NCBI GenBank assembly: GCA_963704725.1
Contig: OY969934.1
Span: 1,120,001 to 1,184,000 of the forward strand
Length of the DNA stretch: 64,000 nucleotides
DNA from: an uncultured Actinomycetes bacterium
GTDB taxonomy: Bacteria; Actinomycetota; UBA4738; HRBIN12
Direction: 5' to 3'
This document shows positions 39,794-52,100 of this stretch, piece by piece (position 1 is the stretch's first letter; each line of letters starts with the position of its first letter). Both the position numbers and the translations under genes were made by a program. Below the pieces are notes generated by a model. That model was not told where the DNA came from. It was given only the letters and a program-made list of their open reading frames with translations, and searched no databases.

Positions 39794-40219
39794 GTGTCCC
39801 GTCGGGGCCCCACGTTCGTCGACACGAACGTGCTCGTCTACGCCCACGATCGCTCCGAGACGCAGAAGCAACCCGTCGCCCAGGGCGTTCTCGAACGGTT
39901 GTGGGCGGGGCGAGACGGGGTTCTCAGCACGCAGGTCCTTCAGGAGTTCTACGTGGTGGCCACCCGGAAGTTCGATCCTCGGATGACGCCGGCCGCCGCC
40001 CGCCGAATCGTGGCCCTGTACGGGGAATGGCCGACCGTCGAGATCGACGTCGCCCTGATCCTCGAAGCTTCCCGGCTCGAGGAGCGGCATACGCTTTCGT
40101 TCTGGGACGCCCTGATCGTGGAGGCTGCCCGCCGATCGGGGGCCGGGCGGCTCCTCACCGAGGATCTCCAGGGGGGACGCACGCTCGCCGGGGTCAGGAT
40201 CGAGAACCCCTTCGCTTGA
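39794..40219 (+). CDS. vapC: PIN domain toxin (VapC)
   Basis: FVDTNVLVYA, STQVLQEF, SFWDALI, LLTEDL. Confidence 0.9.
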   Translation: MSRRGPTFVDTNVLVYAHDRSETQKQPVAQGVLERLWAGRDGVLSTQVLQEFYVVATRKFDPRMTPAAARRIVALYGEWPTVEIDVALILEASRLEERHTLSFWDALIVEAARRSGAGRLLTEDLQGGRTLAGVRIENPFA

Positions 40220-40259
40220 TCGATCGCGTGCGCGGGCTAGGGGAGGCGAAGCGCGGGCC

Positions 40260-40646
40260 TCAGAACAGCTCGATCTGTGCCTGGTGCCCCGGCGACGTGG
40301 CCAGACGGTGGTCACAAGTGATGAGCGGTACCGAGAGCGCCTCGCTCAGCGCAACGAACGCCGCGTCGTATGCGGTCAGGTAGTGCCGGAGCTCCCACAT
40401 CCGGTCCGACAACGGCTGATGGGGGTAGCGGACGATCGTCAGGTCCGCGAAGTCCGCTCGGGCGTCGGCGGCCGTGTCCTCACTGAGGTCAAGGGCTGCC
40501 ACGAGTCGCCGGAGCGAGTGGACCACCTCGACGTCGATCAGGTGAGGTGCGTGCAGCTCCTGGCCGCCGAGTCGGGCCACCAGCTTCGCGTCGACCGGCC
40601 GCCCGATCAGGGCGTCGAGCACCGCCGACGTGTCGACGACGAGCAC
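40260..40646 (-). CDS. vapC: PIN domain toxin (VapC)
   Basis: VVDTSAV, APHLIDVEV, TAYDAAFVALSE, LITCD. Confidence 0.9.
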   Translation of the reverse strand: MLVVDTSAVLDALIGRPVDAKLVARLGGQELHAPHLIDVEVVHSLRRLVAALDLSEDTAADARADFADLTIVRYPHQPLSDRMWELRHYLTAYDAAFVALSEALSVPLITCDHRLATSPGHQAQIELF

Positions 40647-40648
40647 GC

Positions 40649-40879
40649 TCAGGGCCGGTCGCGGCCGGCCCGGACGGCCTCGACGATCTTCGACCGGTCG
40701 GTACCGCCGTGCCGGGCCCCAGATCGGGCGAGAACGTCGGCGACCGGCGGCCGATCGGCGACCCGCTCGATCTCGCGGAGCAGGTACTCGGAGAGGGAGA
40801 GCCCGGCCTGGGCCGCTCTCGAGCGGAGCGTGCGGTGCACGCCGTCGGGCACGTTGCGGATCTGGATCGTTCGGGCCAT
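40649..40879 (-). CDS. FitA-like RHH antitoxin
   Basis: TIQIRNVPDGVH..L..RAA..GLSLSEYL. Confidence 0.85.
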   Translation of the reverse strand: MARTIQIRNVPDGVHRTLRSRAAQAGLSLSEYLLREIERVADRPPVADVLARSGARHGGTDRSKIVEAVRAGRDRP

Positions 40880-40901
40880 GACCTCCAGGATACACGCCTT
40901 C

Positions 40902-40918
40902 TGCATGATCGCCATGCA
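40902..40918. promoter_or_regulatory. palindromic operator of the FitA-VapC operon
   Basis: TGCATG-N5-CATGCA. Confidence 0.55.
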
Positions 40919-40934
40919 ATCTGCATGCGCGCCG

Positions 40935-41369
40935 TCAGCGATGGCGCAGCAAGGCCTGGACGAAGGCGACGACCGCCTCCGCGGTCCCCACGTCGTGCAG
41001 CACCTCGGCCCGGTCGAAGTCCCGCCCCTCGTACTCGGCCTGGTTTCGCGTTCGTCGCATCCGCTCGAGCCGGGCGAACACCTCGGCCCCGGCTGCCTCC
41101 GGGAAGAGGATCCGACAGGCCTCGACCAAGGCGGCGTGCGCGCCGGCGCCCTTCACCCGGAGCCCGCGGGACAGGAGCAGCGACGTGAGGGACTTCCGCG
41201 CCGCGTCGTAGGCGAGCTGGTACGCACCCGACAGGTCCTCGTCGAGCGCGGCTCTCGCGGTCCGGAGATGGAGCTTCGCGTCTTCGAGGAGCCGGTCGAT
41301 CGCGCGCTGGTCGATCTCGACGTCATGGATCGCGCCGCGGGAGCGCAGCCGCTCCATCCCGTCGGTCAC
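40935..41369 (-). CDS. HEPN domain protein
   Basis: A..HL..A, AYQLAYDAARK, GAH, RRTRNQAEY; GTGA overlap with the MNT gene. Confidence 0.8.
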   Translation of the reverse strand: MTDGMERLRSRGAIHDVEIDQRAIDRLLEDAKLHLRTARAALDEDLSGAYQLAYDAARKSLTSLLLSRGLRVKGAGAHAALVEACRILFPEAAGAEVFARLERMRRTRNQAEYEGRDFDRAEVLHDVGTAEAVVAFVQALLRHR

Positions 41370-41950
41370 GCCGCCTCGACATCGAGGCGAACCAGGGGAC
41401 CCTTTCGGATCGTCCTCGCGAACGCGTCCTCGCCCTCGGCCCACCCGTTCGGCGTCCGGATCACGACATCCACCGGGAGCGCGAAGGCCCGCTCGGCCTC
41501 GGCAGCCGCCGCGTAGACCTGCTCTCGGTCGGGGTCACCGACCACCAGGACGTCGACGTCCGCAGGAGGCGGTCCCGGCCGTCCCAGGTATCGCTCCGCC
41601 CACGATCCGAAGAGGTACGCCTCACGGATGCCGGCGATCGGTCGGAGGGCGTCCTCGATGACGCGCGCGGGTCCGAACACCCGCAGGATCAGCGCCCGGA
41701 GCTCGGGCAGGTAGGTGGCGGCCGACCCCTGCCGCACGAGCCGGGAGCGACCCTCCCGGCGGCTCTCCAGGATCCCGGCCTCCTCGAGACGGTCGACCTC
41801 GCGTTGGACGGTCGCGACGTGCGCCCGGAGCCGGCGTGCGAGCTCGCTCACCGACTGTGGCTCCTCCGGCCGGGCGAAGACCAGCGCCAGGAGGCGTGCC
41901 TGGACGTCCGACCGGAAGATGGGGAGGAGCGCGGGGGCTGTCGTTCTCAT
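41366..41950 (-). CDS. HTH + minimal nucleotidyltransferase (MNT antitoxin)
   Basis: SELARRL...VATVQREV..LE.AG; YLFGSWA.R, DVDVLVVG; upstream TTGACA-N16-TATGAT 9 nt from the ATG. Confidence 0.85.
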   Translation of the reverse strand: MRTTAPALLPIFRSDVQARLLALVFARPEEPQSVSELARRLRAHVATVQREVDRLEEAGILESRREGRSRLVRQGSAATYLPELRALILRVFGPARVIEDALRPIAGIREAYLFGSWAERYLGRPGPPPADVDVLVVGDPDREQVYAAAAEAERAFALPVDVVIRTPNGWAEGEDAFARTIRKGPLVRLDVEAA

Positions 41951-41983
41951 TTCGGGCGAATCATATTGCGTCAAGCGAGACTG

Positions 41984-42808
41984 TCAACGCTCCAGGCGAG
42001 CCTTCATCTCCTCCACGTCGAACCCGGGCTCCGGGTAGCGCGGGTCCATCTCCTCGAGGATCTCGAGCAGCAGGGAGCCGATGGCCCAGTTCCGGTACCA
42101 CTTGTGATCGGCCGGGAGCACGTACCACGGCGCGGCGGGGGTGGAGCACCGGGTGAGGGCGTCCTCGTAGGCCGCCTGGAACTCGTCCCACCGGGCTCGG
42201 TCGTCGAGGTCGCCGGGGTTGAACTTCCAGGTCTTCGTTGGGTCCTCCAGCCGGGCGAGCAGGCGCTCCCGCTGCTCCTTCCTCGAGATGTGGAGGAAGA
42301 CCTTGACCGTCCGGACGCCGGCCCCGGCCAGCTCGGCCTCGAACGCATCGATGAGGTCGTACCGAGCGGACCACTCGGCCGCCGGGACGAGCTCCTTCAC
42401 CCGCACGACCACCACGTCCTCGTAGTGGGAGCGGTTGAAGATGCCGATCTGGCCGGGCTCCGGCAGGGCGCGCCGGATCCGCCACAGGAAGTCGTGCGCG
42501 AGCTCCTCCTCGGTGGGGGCCTTGAACGCGCGGACCCGGATCGACGAGGGTGAGAGCCCGCGGAAGACGTGCGTGATCGCGCCGTCCTTGCCGCTCGTGT
42601 CCATGCCCTGGAGCACGAGCAGGAGGGCGCGTGAGCCCTCGGCCACGAGGCGTTCCTGAAGGGCGGCCAGGCGGGGGCCCTGCGCCGCAGCCTCCCGCTC
42701 GGCCCGCTTGCGCGAGCGCACGCCCGGCGTGGCGCCCGGGTCGCGCCCGGCGAGGCCGGCCGGGGAGCCGGGCTCGACGACCAGGCGCTCGCGGATCGTC
42801 TTCGCCAT
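41984..42808 (-). CDS. ppk2: polyphosphate kinase 2 family
   Basis: QGMDTSGKDG, FKAPT.EELAHDFLWR, FNRSHYEDV, WKFNP.D, APWYVLPADHKW. Confidence 0.92.
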   Translation of the reverse strand: MAKTIRERLVVEPGSPAGLAGRDPGATPGVRSRKRAEREAAAQGPRLAALQERLVAEGSRALLLVLQGMDTSGKDGAITHVFRGLSPSSIRVRAFKAPTEEELAHDFLWRIRRALPEPGQIGIFNRSHYEDVVVVRVKELVPAAEWSARYDLIDAFEAELAGAGVRTVKVFLHISRKEQRERLLARLEDPTKTWKFNPGDLDDRARWDEFQAAYEDALTRCSTPAAPWYVLPADHKWYRNWAIGSLLLEILEEMDPRYPEPGFDVEEMKARLER

Positions 42809-42811
42809 CGC

Positions 42812-43675
42812 TCAGATCGGGAGCGGGATGCGGGCGGCCCGGCGCTCGCCGGCCGTGCGGCGCCGGTAGAACACGACGGCCACGCCGATGAGGATCGTCG
42901 AGGCGAACAGGGTGATGCTGGCCAGGGCGTTGACCGAGGGGAGCGGGCCCCGGCGGGCGGCGCTGTAGATCAGGATCGGCACGGTCTGCGTCTCGGCGCC
43001 CGAGGAGAGCTGTTGGCTGATCACGAAGTTGTCGATGCTGGCGGCGAACACGATCACGACGCTCGCGAGGATGGCGGGAGTGAGCAGCGGCAGCAACACG
43101 CGCCGGAGCGCGCCGATGGGCGTGGCGCCGAGGTCCATCGCCGCCTCCTCGTACTCCTTGCCGATCGAGAGCAGCCGCGCCCGCACCACGATGACCGGGT
43201 AGGCCATCATGTACATCGACAGACCGAGGAGCTGGGCCACGAACCCCGTCCCGATCCCGCCGACGAGCTGGGTGAAGAACAGGAACAGGGCGACGCCGAT
43301 CGCGATCTCGGGCGTGATGAACGAGAACAGCATGAGGAAGTTCGCCGTGCCGGCCCCGCGTCCCCGCCACCGGTCGAGCGCGAGCGCGAACGCCACCCCC
43401 AGCGGCACGGCGAGCACGACCGTGAGGCTCGCCAGCTTGAAGCTCTGCAGGAGGGCGTGACGCAGCTCGGGGTCGTCGAACACCGAGCTCACGTTGCCCG
43501 AGTACCACTGCGTGGAGAACCCCTGCCACGCCGTCAGGGAGCGCCCCCCGTTGAACGAGAACACGACCGCGATCACGACCGGCAGCAGCGTCCACAGGAG
43601 GTAGGCGATCGCGATCACCCACAGGAAGCGGGCCCGGGCCCACGGGTTGCGCAGCCACGCTCCGAGCCGGCTCAC
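42812..43675 (-). CDS. polyamine ABC permease (PotC-like)
   Basis: FSFN..R...W.GFS..WY, EEAAMDLGA EAA loop; GTGA overlap. Confidence 0.85.
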   Translation of the reverse strand: MSRLGAWLRNPWARARFLWVIAIAYLLWTLLPVVIAVVFSFNGGRSLTAWQGFSTQWYSGNVSSVFDDPELRHALLQSFKLASLTVVLAVPLGVAFALALDRWRGRGAGTANFLMLFSFITPEIAIGVALFLFFTQLVGGIGTGFVAQLLGLSMYMMAYPVIVVRARLLSIGKEYEEAAMDLGATPIGALRRVLLPLLTPAILASVVIVFAASIDNFVISQQLSSGAETQTVPILIYSAARRGPLPSVNALASITLFASTILIGVAVVFYRRRTAGERRAARIPLPI

Positions 43676-44595
43676 GAGCCCATCTCGAGCGCGCGCGAGC
43701 TCGCGCGCAGGTAGGCGAGCATCGGCAGGATCAGCAGCGCGATCAGGAGCAGCACGAGCGAGGCTCCCGTCTGCACGAGCGAGCTCTGGATCGACGTCAC
43801 GATGAGGTTGCCGATCATCGAGGTGTCGCGGGTGCCGGCGAGCAGCGTGGTCGTGAAGTAGTCGCCGAACATCGGCAGCGTCACGATCACGCATCCGGCC
43901 AGGATGGCCTGCCGCGACAGGGGCAGCGTGACCCGCAGGAACGTGGCGAGCTGCCCGGCCCCCAGATCCCGCGAGGCCTCGAGCATCGACACGTCGATCC
44001 GGTCGAGCGACCCGAACAGCGGCAGGATCATGTACGGCACGTAGCCGTACGCCAGGCCGAGGATCACGGTGGTCGGCCGGCCGGACAGCCACCCCACCGG
44101 GGCGCCGATCACGCCGGCGGACTCGAGCACCCGGTTCACCAGCCCCTCCGGCCGCAGCAGGTTGATCCACGCCAGCATCCGCATCATGTAGCTGATCCAG
44201 AACGGCGCGATGAACAGGACGAGGAACAGGGTCTTCCACCGCCCGGCGTGGCGCGCGATGAAGTACGCGACGGGGTACCCGATGGCCAGGCACAGCACGG
44301 TCGCGACGAGGACGTAGAGCAGGGTCCGTCCGAACGCCGCCTGGTAGATCGAGCCGCGGGTGAAGATGTCGCCGAGCAGGTCGCCGAACGCGCTCGTGTC
44401 CCATCGGATCGGGTCGTAGACGGGGATCGGGGTCAGGAAGATCTGGTCGAGGGCGCCGAACGCGATCGACAGGATCACGTAGAAGGGGACGACGAACAGC
44501 CCGAGGAGCCACAGCGACGCCGGCGTGGCGAACGACGGCCAGAACCACCGGGGGAACCACGCCCCGCGGGTCCCGGAGCCGGCTCCCGGTGGCAT
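43672..44595 (-). CDS. polyamine ABC permease (PotB-like)
   Basis: GYPVAY, PFWISY.MR..AW, PYMILPL, EASRDLGA. Confidence 0.85.
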   Translation of the reverse strand: MPPGAGSGTRGAWFPRWFWPSFATPASLWLLGLFVVPFYVILSIAFGALDQIFLTPIPVYDPIRWDTSAFGDLLGDIFTRGSIYQAAFGRTLLYVLVATVLCLAIGYPVAYFIARHAGRWKTLFLVLFIAPFWISYMMRMLAWINLLRPEGLVNRVLESAGVIGAPVGWLSGRPTTVILGLAYGYVPYMILPLFGSLDRIDVSMLEASRDLGAGQLATFLRVTLPLSRQAILAGCVIVTLPMFGDYFTTTLLAGTRDTSMIGNLIVTSIQSSLVQTGASLVLLLIALLILPMLAYLRASSRALEMGS

Positions 44596-44615
44596 GGGCT
44601 GGGACCCGGGCCGGC

Positions 44616-45900
44616 CTAGGCCCCGCCCGTCACCTCGGTGTAGATCTGCTGCCAGAGCTGGTTGGTGGCCGGCGCGAGCTCGAGCTCCTGGACGCCGAGC
44701 GTGAAGTCGTCCTCGACGATGAGGACGTTGGCCAGGTTCTCGGGCACCAGCTCCTCGGCCATGATCGAGTCCGGCGTGACGCCGTTGATCGGCGGCTGGA
44801 ACCCCTCGTAGGAGTAGTTCTGCAGGGCGTGGTCGGGATCGGAGAGCCAGTCGATCATGGCGTGCGCGAGCACGGGGCTCGCGCGCGCCCTTGGGGATCG
44901 CGAACATGTCGTTCGTGATGATGCCGCTCCTGCCCCCGCCCGCCTTGGGCGGCCACACGTAGCTGAATACGTCGATCGAGAGGTCCTTCGGCAGGTAGTA
45001 CTGGTAGTAGACGACCTGGCCCGACCAAGTCTGGTGGATGGCGAACGTCCCCAGCTCGTTGTAGTCGGTATGGTCGAACTTCCAGTTCATCGTGTCCACC
45101 CCGTCGAGCAGCATCTGCTTGGCCGCGTCGAGCACCGTGGGGTCGTCGGTGTTCACGTCCTCGCCCATCCGCAGGAGCGCGGCCGAGAGCGTGTCGCGCG
45201 CGCCGTTCAGCAGGTGGACGCCGTCGCCCGCGTACGCCGCGTCCCACAGGACGTCGTAGGGGTTGTCCATCGCCCCCACGTCCTCGGTCACGATGTCGTG
45301 CCGGTAGCCGATGCCGGTCGTGTACACGGTGTAGGGGACCGTGTACTGCGCGCCCTGGTCGTAGTAGGGGTCGTGGTAGGTGGCCCAGACGTTGGAGAAG
45401 TTGGGGAGATAGGTCTTGTTCAGCGGCTGGATCAGCTCGCCGAACGCGAGCTTGCCGACGTTCTCGAGGGTCACGGTGACGATCAGGTCGAAGTCGGACC
45501 CGCTCGACTGGAGCTTGGAGACCATCTCCTCCGGCGTGTCGAACACCGTGTACTCCACGTCCACGCCGTACTCCGCCGAGAACTGGTTGCGGACCTTCTT
45601 CCAGATGTAGTCGTTGTAGCCGAAGACCTTGAGCGGCCCGGCCTCTGGCGACAGGCCGTCCGCGATCGGGGGGTTGGAGTCCGAGATCGGGAGCGTGACG
45701 GGGTTGCCCGGCCGGGCGAGCCGGAGCTCCTGCCCGCCGCCGCCGTCGTCGCCCGTGAGGCCCGAGCCGCCGCCCTCGTCGTTGCCGCAGGCCGCGAGCA
45801 CCGCGGCCAGGCTCGGCAGGGCGATGCCCGTCGCCCCGGCCCGGGCCAGGAACTCGCGGCGGCTGATCGGTCGGCGGTGCTCCCTCGGACGACGGCTCAT
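44616..45900 (-). CDS. polyamine ABC substrate-binding Tat lipoprotein (PotD/F-like), frameshift near 44885
   Basis: SRREFL Tat motif, LAAC lipobox, DY.., VPY..YTTGIGY; C-terminus continues in ORF 44616..44873. Confidence 0.82.
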
Positions 45901-45982
45901 GCTTCCCCCCGTGTCGGCGCGCGTTCGGAGCAAGCTACCCCGAACGCGGGCGGGGCGCGAGGCAGCCGCCGGAGACCCCTCG

Positions 45983-46492
<510 letters not shown>

Positions 46493-46527
46493 CGGGAGCC
46501 TCCTGTCGGACCGGGGGAGCGGGCAGT

Positions 46528-47640
46528 CTACCGCCCGGTCGCGGCCGACCGGGCTCCCCGCCGGAGCCAGGGGAGAGCCGGCGGGATGTAGTGCGCGTCG
46601 TCGTACCGGTCGGACGACCACGGCGTCCGGGGCGCCATCGTCAGCCTGGCCAGCTCGATCAGGGCGACGTCGTAGTTGACCCGCCATCCGGCGAAGTCGC
46701 GCCAGCACTGGTCGCGATCCGCCCGCACGGGCACGCCGGAGTCACGCAGGCGCTCGTACGCCCCGTCGAACTCCTCCCGCGTGATCGAGATGGGGTCGTC
46801 CGGCTTCGGGTCGTCGTCCACCCGGACGAAGAAGAACCTGGCCAGGTGGCGCAGGCACAGGTACCCGGACCGGATCATGTACTGGGGCTCGGGGATCCGC
46901 TCGATGTCGACGGTGGAGTCGTACAGCGCGGCGCCGTCGAGGATGGCCCCCGCCGCCGAGACCCACGAGTGCTCCGGTTGCGTGGATCGGAAGAAGACGA
47001 GCGACGGGAACGTGCTGTGGCTTTCGTCGACGTCGGTGAACCAGTCCTCCCACTCCGCCCACAGTCCCTTCAGGTTCCCCAGCCGGCCCACCGTCCAGGC
47101 CAGCTGGATGAGGTAGACGCCCGTGGGGGGCTCGCCGGCCCGGACCTCGAGCTTGGACACGCCGCGCTCCCGCCGCTGGAACCCGGCGTACAGGCTCGGC
47201 AGGTAGGTGATGAACAGCGCGAGCATGACGAGCCCGGTGCCGGCGCCGGAGATCGTCACCGCGATCGACGCGTAGTCGTCGCGGGTCGCGAAGCCCAGGG
47301 TGAACAGCGAGGACCCGGCGAACGCGAACGCCTCGACCGGCGACCGGCCGCCGAGCGCGAAGAACATGGCGGTGAAGCCGGCGACCAGGAACACGACCCA
47401 CAGCGTGAGGAGCGCGAGGAGCGCGACCGGCGCGTAGTAGGCCATGATCCGATCGCGGTCGGCGAAGGGACGGGATCCCCGGGCCCAGATACGGAACACG
47501 CGCCGCACGGTGACGAACACCGCCCGGGCCACGTAGGCCTGCAGCGCCCGGGGAACGAGGAACGTCCGGACCACGGAGCGGACCGTGAGCAGCACGACCG
47601 CGGCCCCCAAGAGGAACAGCAGCACGCGCAGGACGATCAC
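46528..47640 (-). CDS. membrane protein with K-channel-like pore region
   Basis: TM-pore (SSLFTLGF)-TM arrangement, YLP.LY..FQRRE, ESH..FP.L.FFRS....SW. Confidence 0.7.
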   Translation of the reverse strand: MIVLRVLLFLLGAAVVLLTVRSVVRTFLVPRALQAYVARAVFVTVRRVFRIWARGSRPFADRDRIMAYYAPVALLALLTLWVVFLVAGFTAMFFALGGRSPVEAFAFAGSSLFTLGFATRDDYASIAVTISGAGTGLVMLALFITYLPSLYAGFQRRERGVSKLEVRAGEPPTGVYLIQLAWTVGRLGNLKGLWAEWEDWFTDVDESHSTFPSLVFFRSTQPEHSWVSAAGAILDGAALYDSTVDIERIPEPQYMIRSGYLCLRHLARFFFVRVDDDPKPDDPISITREEFDGAYERLRDSGVPVRADRDQCWRDFAGWRVNYDVALIELARLTMAPRTPWSSDRYDDAHYIPPALPWLRRGARSAATGR

Positions 47641-47682
47641 GACCGGGCGAGCCTACCGGGGTGCGCCGCGTCCCGCTCCGGC

Positions 47683-47820
47683 CTACGGGGCGCCGAAGCG
47701 GGTCACCGACCGCCGCGTGCTGGTCCGGCGGGAACGCCGGACGAACCGCTCGTTCCGCGCGCGGTCCAGGAGCTCGCGCTCGCGCGCCCTGGCCAGCTCG
47801 GCTCCGATCGATGTGTGCAT
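47683..47820 (-). CDS. small basic protein, 45 aa
   Basis: TGATG coupling to the SRPBCC gene with GGAGG RBS; MH....ELARAR.RELL..A. Confidence 0.55.
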   Translation of the reverse strand: MHTSIGAELARARERELLDRARNERFVRRSRRTSTRRSVTRFGAP

Positions 47821-48293
47821 CACGCCACCTCCCGCTCGACGACCTGCACGAACAGACCCAGCGACTGCGTCCACCCCGCGCCGTACTGTGCCCGCGCCGC
47901 CTCGGCGAGCTCGCCGAGTCGCTCCCACCCGCGGTGCTCCAGCTCGACCAACGTCCCGTCGCCCTGCGGCGTGAAACGGACCTCGAGCTCGGTCGGCGGG
48001 AACGGGCTCGCATTCGGCTTCCACGCCAGGACGAAGCGCGCCGGCGGCTCCCACTCGAGCACCTCCGCCCAGGGCAGGACCTCGCCGTTGGACAGGTGCT
48101 CGAGCACGCGCCCACCCGGCCGGCCCTGGAACTCGACGCGCTCGGCCCGCACGCCCCGGCCCTCGAACTGGTCGACGGCCCGCGAGTAGTCCTCGAGCGG
48201 CCACCAGGTGTCGATCCGCAGCGTGAAGACCTCGAACGCGTGCGCCGGGTCGGTCCGCACCGTGACGCTCGAGCGGATCGGTTCGATCGTCAT
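47820..48293 (-). CDS. SRPBCC/AHSA1 domain protein
   Basis: AF.VFT..I..WWP, V..WEPP.R....W, TE.EVRF, T.VELEH.GW. Confidence 0.88.
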   Translation of the reverse strand: MTIEPIRSSVTVRTDPAHAFEVFTLRIDTWWPLEDYSRAVDQFEGRGVRAERVEFQGRPGGRVLEHLSNGEVLPWAEVLEWEPPARFVLAWKPNASPFPPTELEVRFTPQGDGTLVELEHRGWERLGELAEAARAQYGAGWTQSLGLFVQVVEREVA

Positions 48294-48637
48294 CCCTTGC
48301 CTCCCTCCTCGTCCGGGCCCTCGGCGGCCTCCTTGAACGCCGCGAGCGCCGTGTCCCAGTAGGTCTCGAGGTACGCGCGCAGGGCGGCGAGCCCCGTCGC
48401 GTCCACGCCGTACAGGCGCCTCGTCCCCTCCTGTCGGTCGTGCACGAGCCCCGCCTCCTTCAGGACGCGCAGGTGCTGGGACACCGCGGGCCGGCTCACC
48501 GGAAGGCGCTCGGCGATCCGGCCCACCGGCTTCGGTCCCTCCCGGAGGAGCTCGAGGACCGCCCGCCGGGTCGGGTCTCCCAGCGCGTCGAGCACCCTGG
48601 CCGTGGCTTCCCGATGAACGGCAATTCGGTAACTCAT
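48290..48637 (-). CDS. ArsR family regulator
   Basis: ALGDPTRR..LE.L, VSRPAVSQHLRVLKEAGLV, GTRRLY. Confidence 0.92.
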   Translation of the reverse strand: MSYRIAVHREATARVLDALGDPTRRAVLELLREGPKPVGRIAERLPVSRPAVSQHLRVLKEAGLVHDRQEGTRRLYGVDATGLAALRAYLETYWDTALAAFKEAAEGPDEEGGKG

Positions 48638-48643
48638 GACTTA

Positions 48644-48663
48644 CGGTAAGTTAGCGCTTACCG
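48644..48663. promoter_or_regulatory. ArsR operator palindrome
   Basis: CGGTAAG-N6-CTTACCG immediately upstream of the ATG. Confidence 0.65.
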
Positions 48664-48730
48664 CTTGGATCGTCAAGCCGCCATCCTCAGCTTCGCCCGC
48701 CCCCTCGGCCGACGGCCCGAGGCTCCCCGC

Positions 48731-50767
<2,037 letters not shown>

Positions 50768-50861
50768 GAGCCGGCGGCGACGCGCTCGAGGCTCGGCGCT
50801 GCGCGGGAAGGGCACTGCACGATCCGCCCAGTCTACGGCCGGCTCCACTACGCTTCGGCGC

Positions 50862-52049
50862 GTGGGGACCACCGCCCGCTCGGCGCGGATCGGGCTCGGG
50901 TTCGTGCTGGTCGCAACCCTGTTCACGCTGTTCCTGGGGTTCACGCACAAGTCGCTGTGCCTGATGGGCGACGGCTTCGATGCGCGCGCCTACCGGCTGG
51001 AGTGCTACAACGACCTCGTCCCCCTGTACCGCGACGAGGGGTTCCTGGCGGGGCGGTTCCCGTACCTCGACGCCCCGAACGAGTACCCCGTGGGGACCGC
51101 CCTGCTGATGTGGACGGCGTCGCAGTACGGACGCGGTGAGGGCGCGTTCTTCCTGGCCAACGCGGCGCTGCTCGCGGTGCTCGCGCTCGTCACGTCGTGG
51201 GCTCTGTTCCGGGCCACCGGGAGCCGGGCGCTGTACTTCGCGTTCGCGCCGACGCTCGCCGTGTACGCCTTCCTCAACTGGGACCTGCTGGCGGTCGCCC
51301 TGGCCACGGCGGCCACCCTCGCGTTCCTGCGGCGCCGCGACCCGCTGGCCGGCGTCCTGCTCGGGCTCGGCGTCGCGTCCAAGCTCTACCCGATCCTGCT
51401 GCTCGTCCCGTTCGCGCTGGAGCGTCGGCGGACGGGGGACGGCAAGGCGGCGATCCGGCTGTGCGCGTGGGCGGCGGGAGCCTGGCTGCTGCTGGACCTC
51501 CCGTTCATGGCCCTGGCGTTCCACCGGTGGAGCGAGGTGTTCCGGTTCAACGCCTCGCGCCCCGTCGACTGGGGCACCCTGTGGTTCGCGGGATGCCGCG
51601 CGCTCACAGGGCGGCTCGACTGCGGGCACGTGCGGCTCGTGAACGGCCTGTCGCTCGTCGTGTTCGCGGCGGGCGCGGCCTGGGTGTGGCGCGCCACGGC
51701 CGCCCGCCACGCTTCTCGGTGGGCGCTGGCCTTTCCCCTGCTGATCCTGTTCCTGCTGACCACGAAGGTGTACTCGCCGCAGTACTCGCTGTGGCTCGTC
51801 CCGTGGTTCGCGTTGGTGCTTCCCGACCTCCGGCTGTTCATCGCGTTCGAGGCGGCGGACCTGGCGGTGTTCGTCACCGAGTTCTCCTGGCTCGGCCGGC
51901 ACTTCGGTGGGGACGGGCTGCCGGTCGGCGCCGTCGAGATCGCGGTCCTGCTCCGGGCGGCCGTCCTCGTGGCCGTCCTCGTGGCCTTCGTGCGTCGTCC
52001 GACGGAGCGTCTCGCCTCCGGGGCCACGCCCGAAATGGCCATCGGCTGA
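50862..52049 (+). CDS. GT87/DUF2029 family GT-C glycosyltransferase
   Basis: CYND..PLY, EYPV, NWDL, KLYP, KVYSPQY..W; multiple TM helices. Confidence 0.82.
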   Translation: MGTTARSARIGLGFVLVATLFTLFLGFTHKSLCLMGDGFDARAYRLECYNDLVPLYRDEGFLAGRFPYLDAPNEYPVGTALLMWTASQYGRGEGAFFLANAALLAVLALVTSWALFRATGSRALYFAFAPTLAVYAFLNWDLLAVALATAATLAFLRRRDPLAGVLLGLGVASKLYPILLLVPFALERRRTGDGKAAIRLCAWAAGAWLLLDLPFMALAFHRWSEVFRFNASRPVDWGTLWFAGCRALTGRLDCGHVRLVNGLSLVVFAAGAAWVWRATAARHASRWALAFPLLILFLLTTKVYSPQYSLWLVPWFALVLPDLRLFIAFEAADLAVFVTEFSWLGRHFGGDGLPVGAVEIAVLLRAAVLVAVLVAFVRRPTERLASGATPEMAIG

Positions 52050-52059
52050 CCCCCGCCCC

Positions 52060-52087
52060 TCAGGTTTGGGTCGAGAGGGACCGATGG
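52060..52087 (+). promoter_or_regulatory. putative sigma-28 promoter
   Basis: TCAG-N16-ACCGATGG, 13 nt before the ATG. Confidence 0.45.
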
Positions 52088-52100
52088 AACCACGACAGCC

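Noticed and set aside
22429-41987. Prophage or integrative element
   Set aside because: No integrase, phage structural, replication or conjugation genes, and no tRNA or att repeats were seen.
5808-45900. Frameshifts in araD, the IPT, nidogen-like, ECF, both RTX and PotD genes read as pseudogenes or programmed frameshifts
   Set aside because: They are single-base indels in GC-rich or low-complexity runs with no slippery motif and no other decay on either side, so sequencing error is most likely. The dense cluster at 22490-23040 cannot be fully excluded as real decay.
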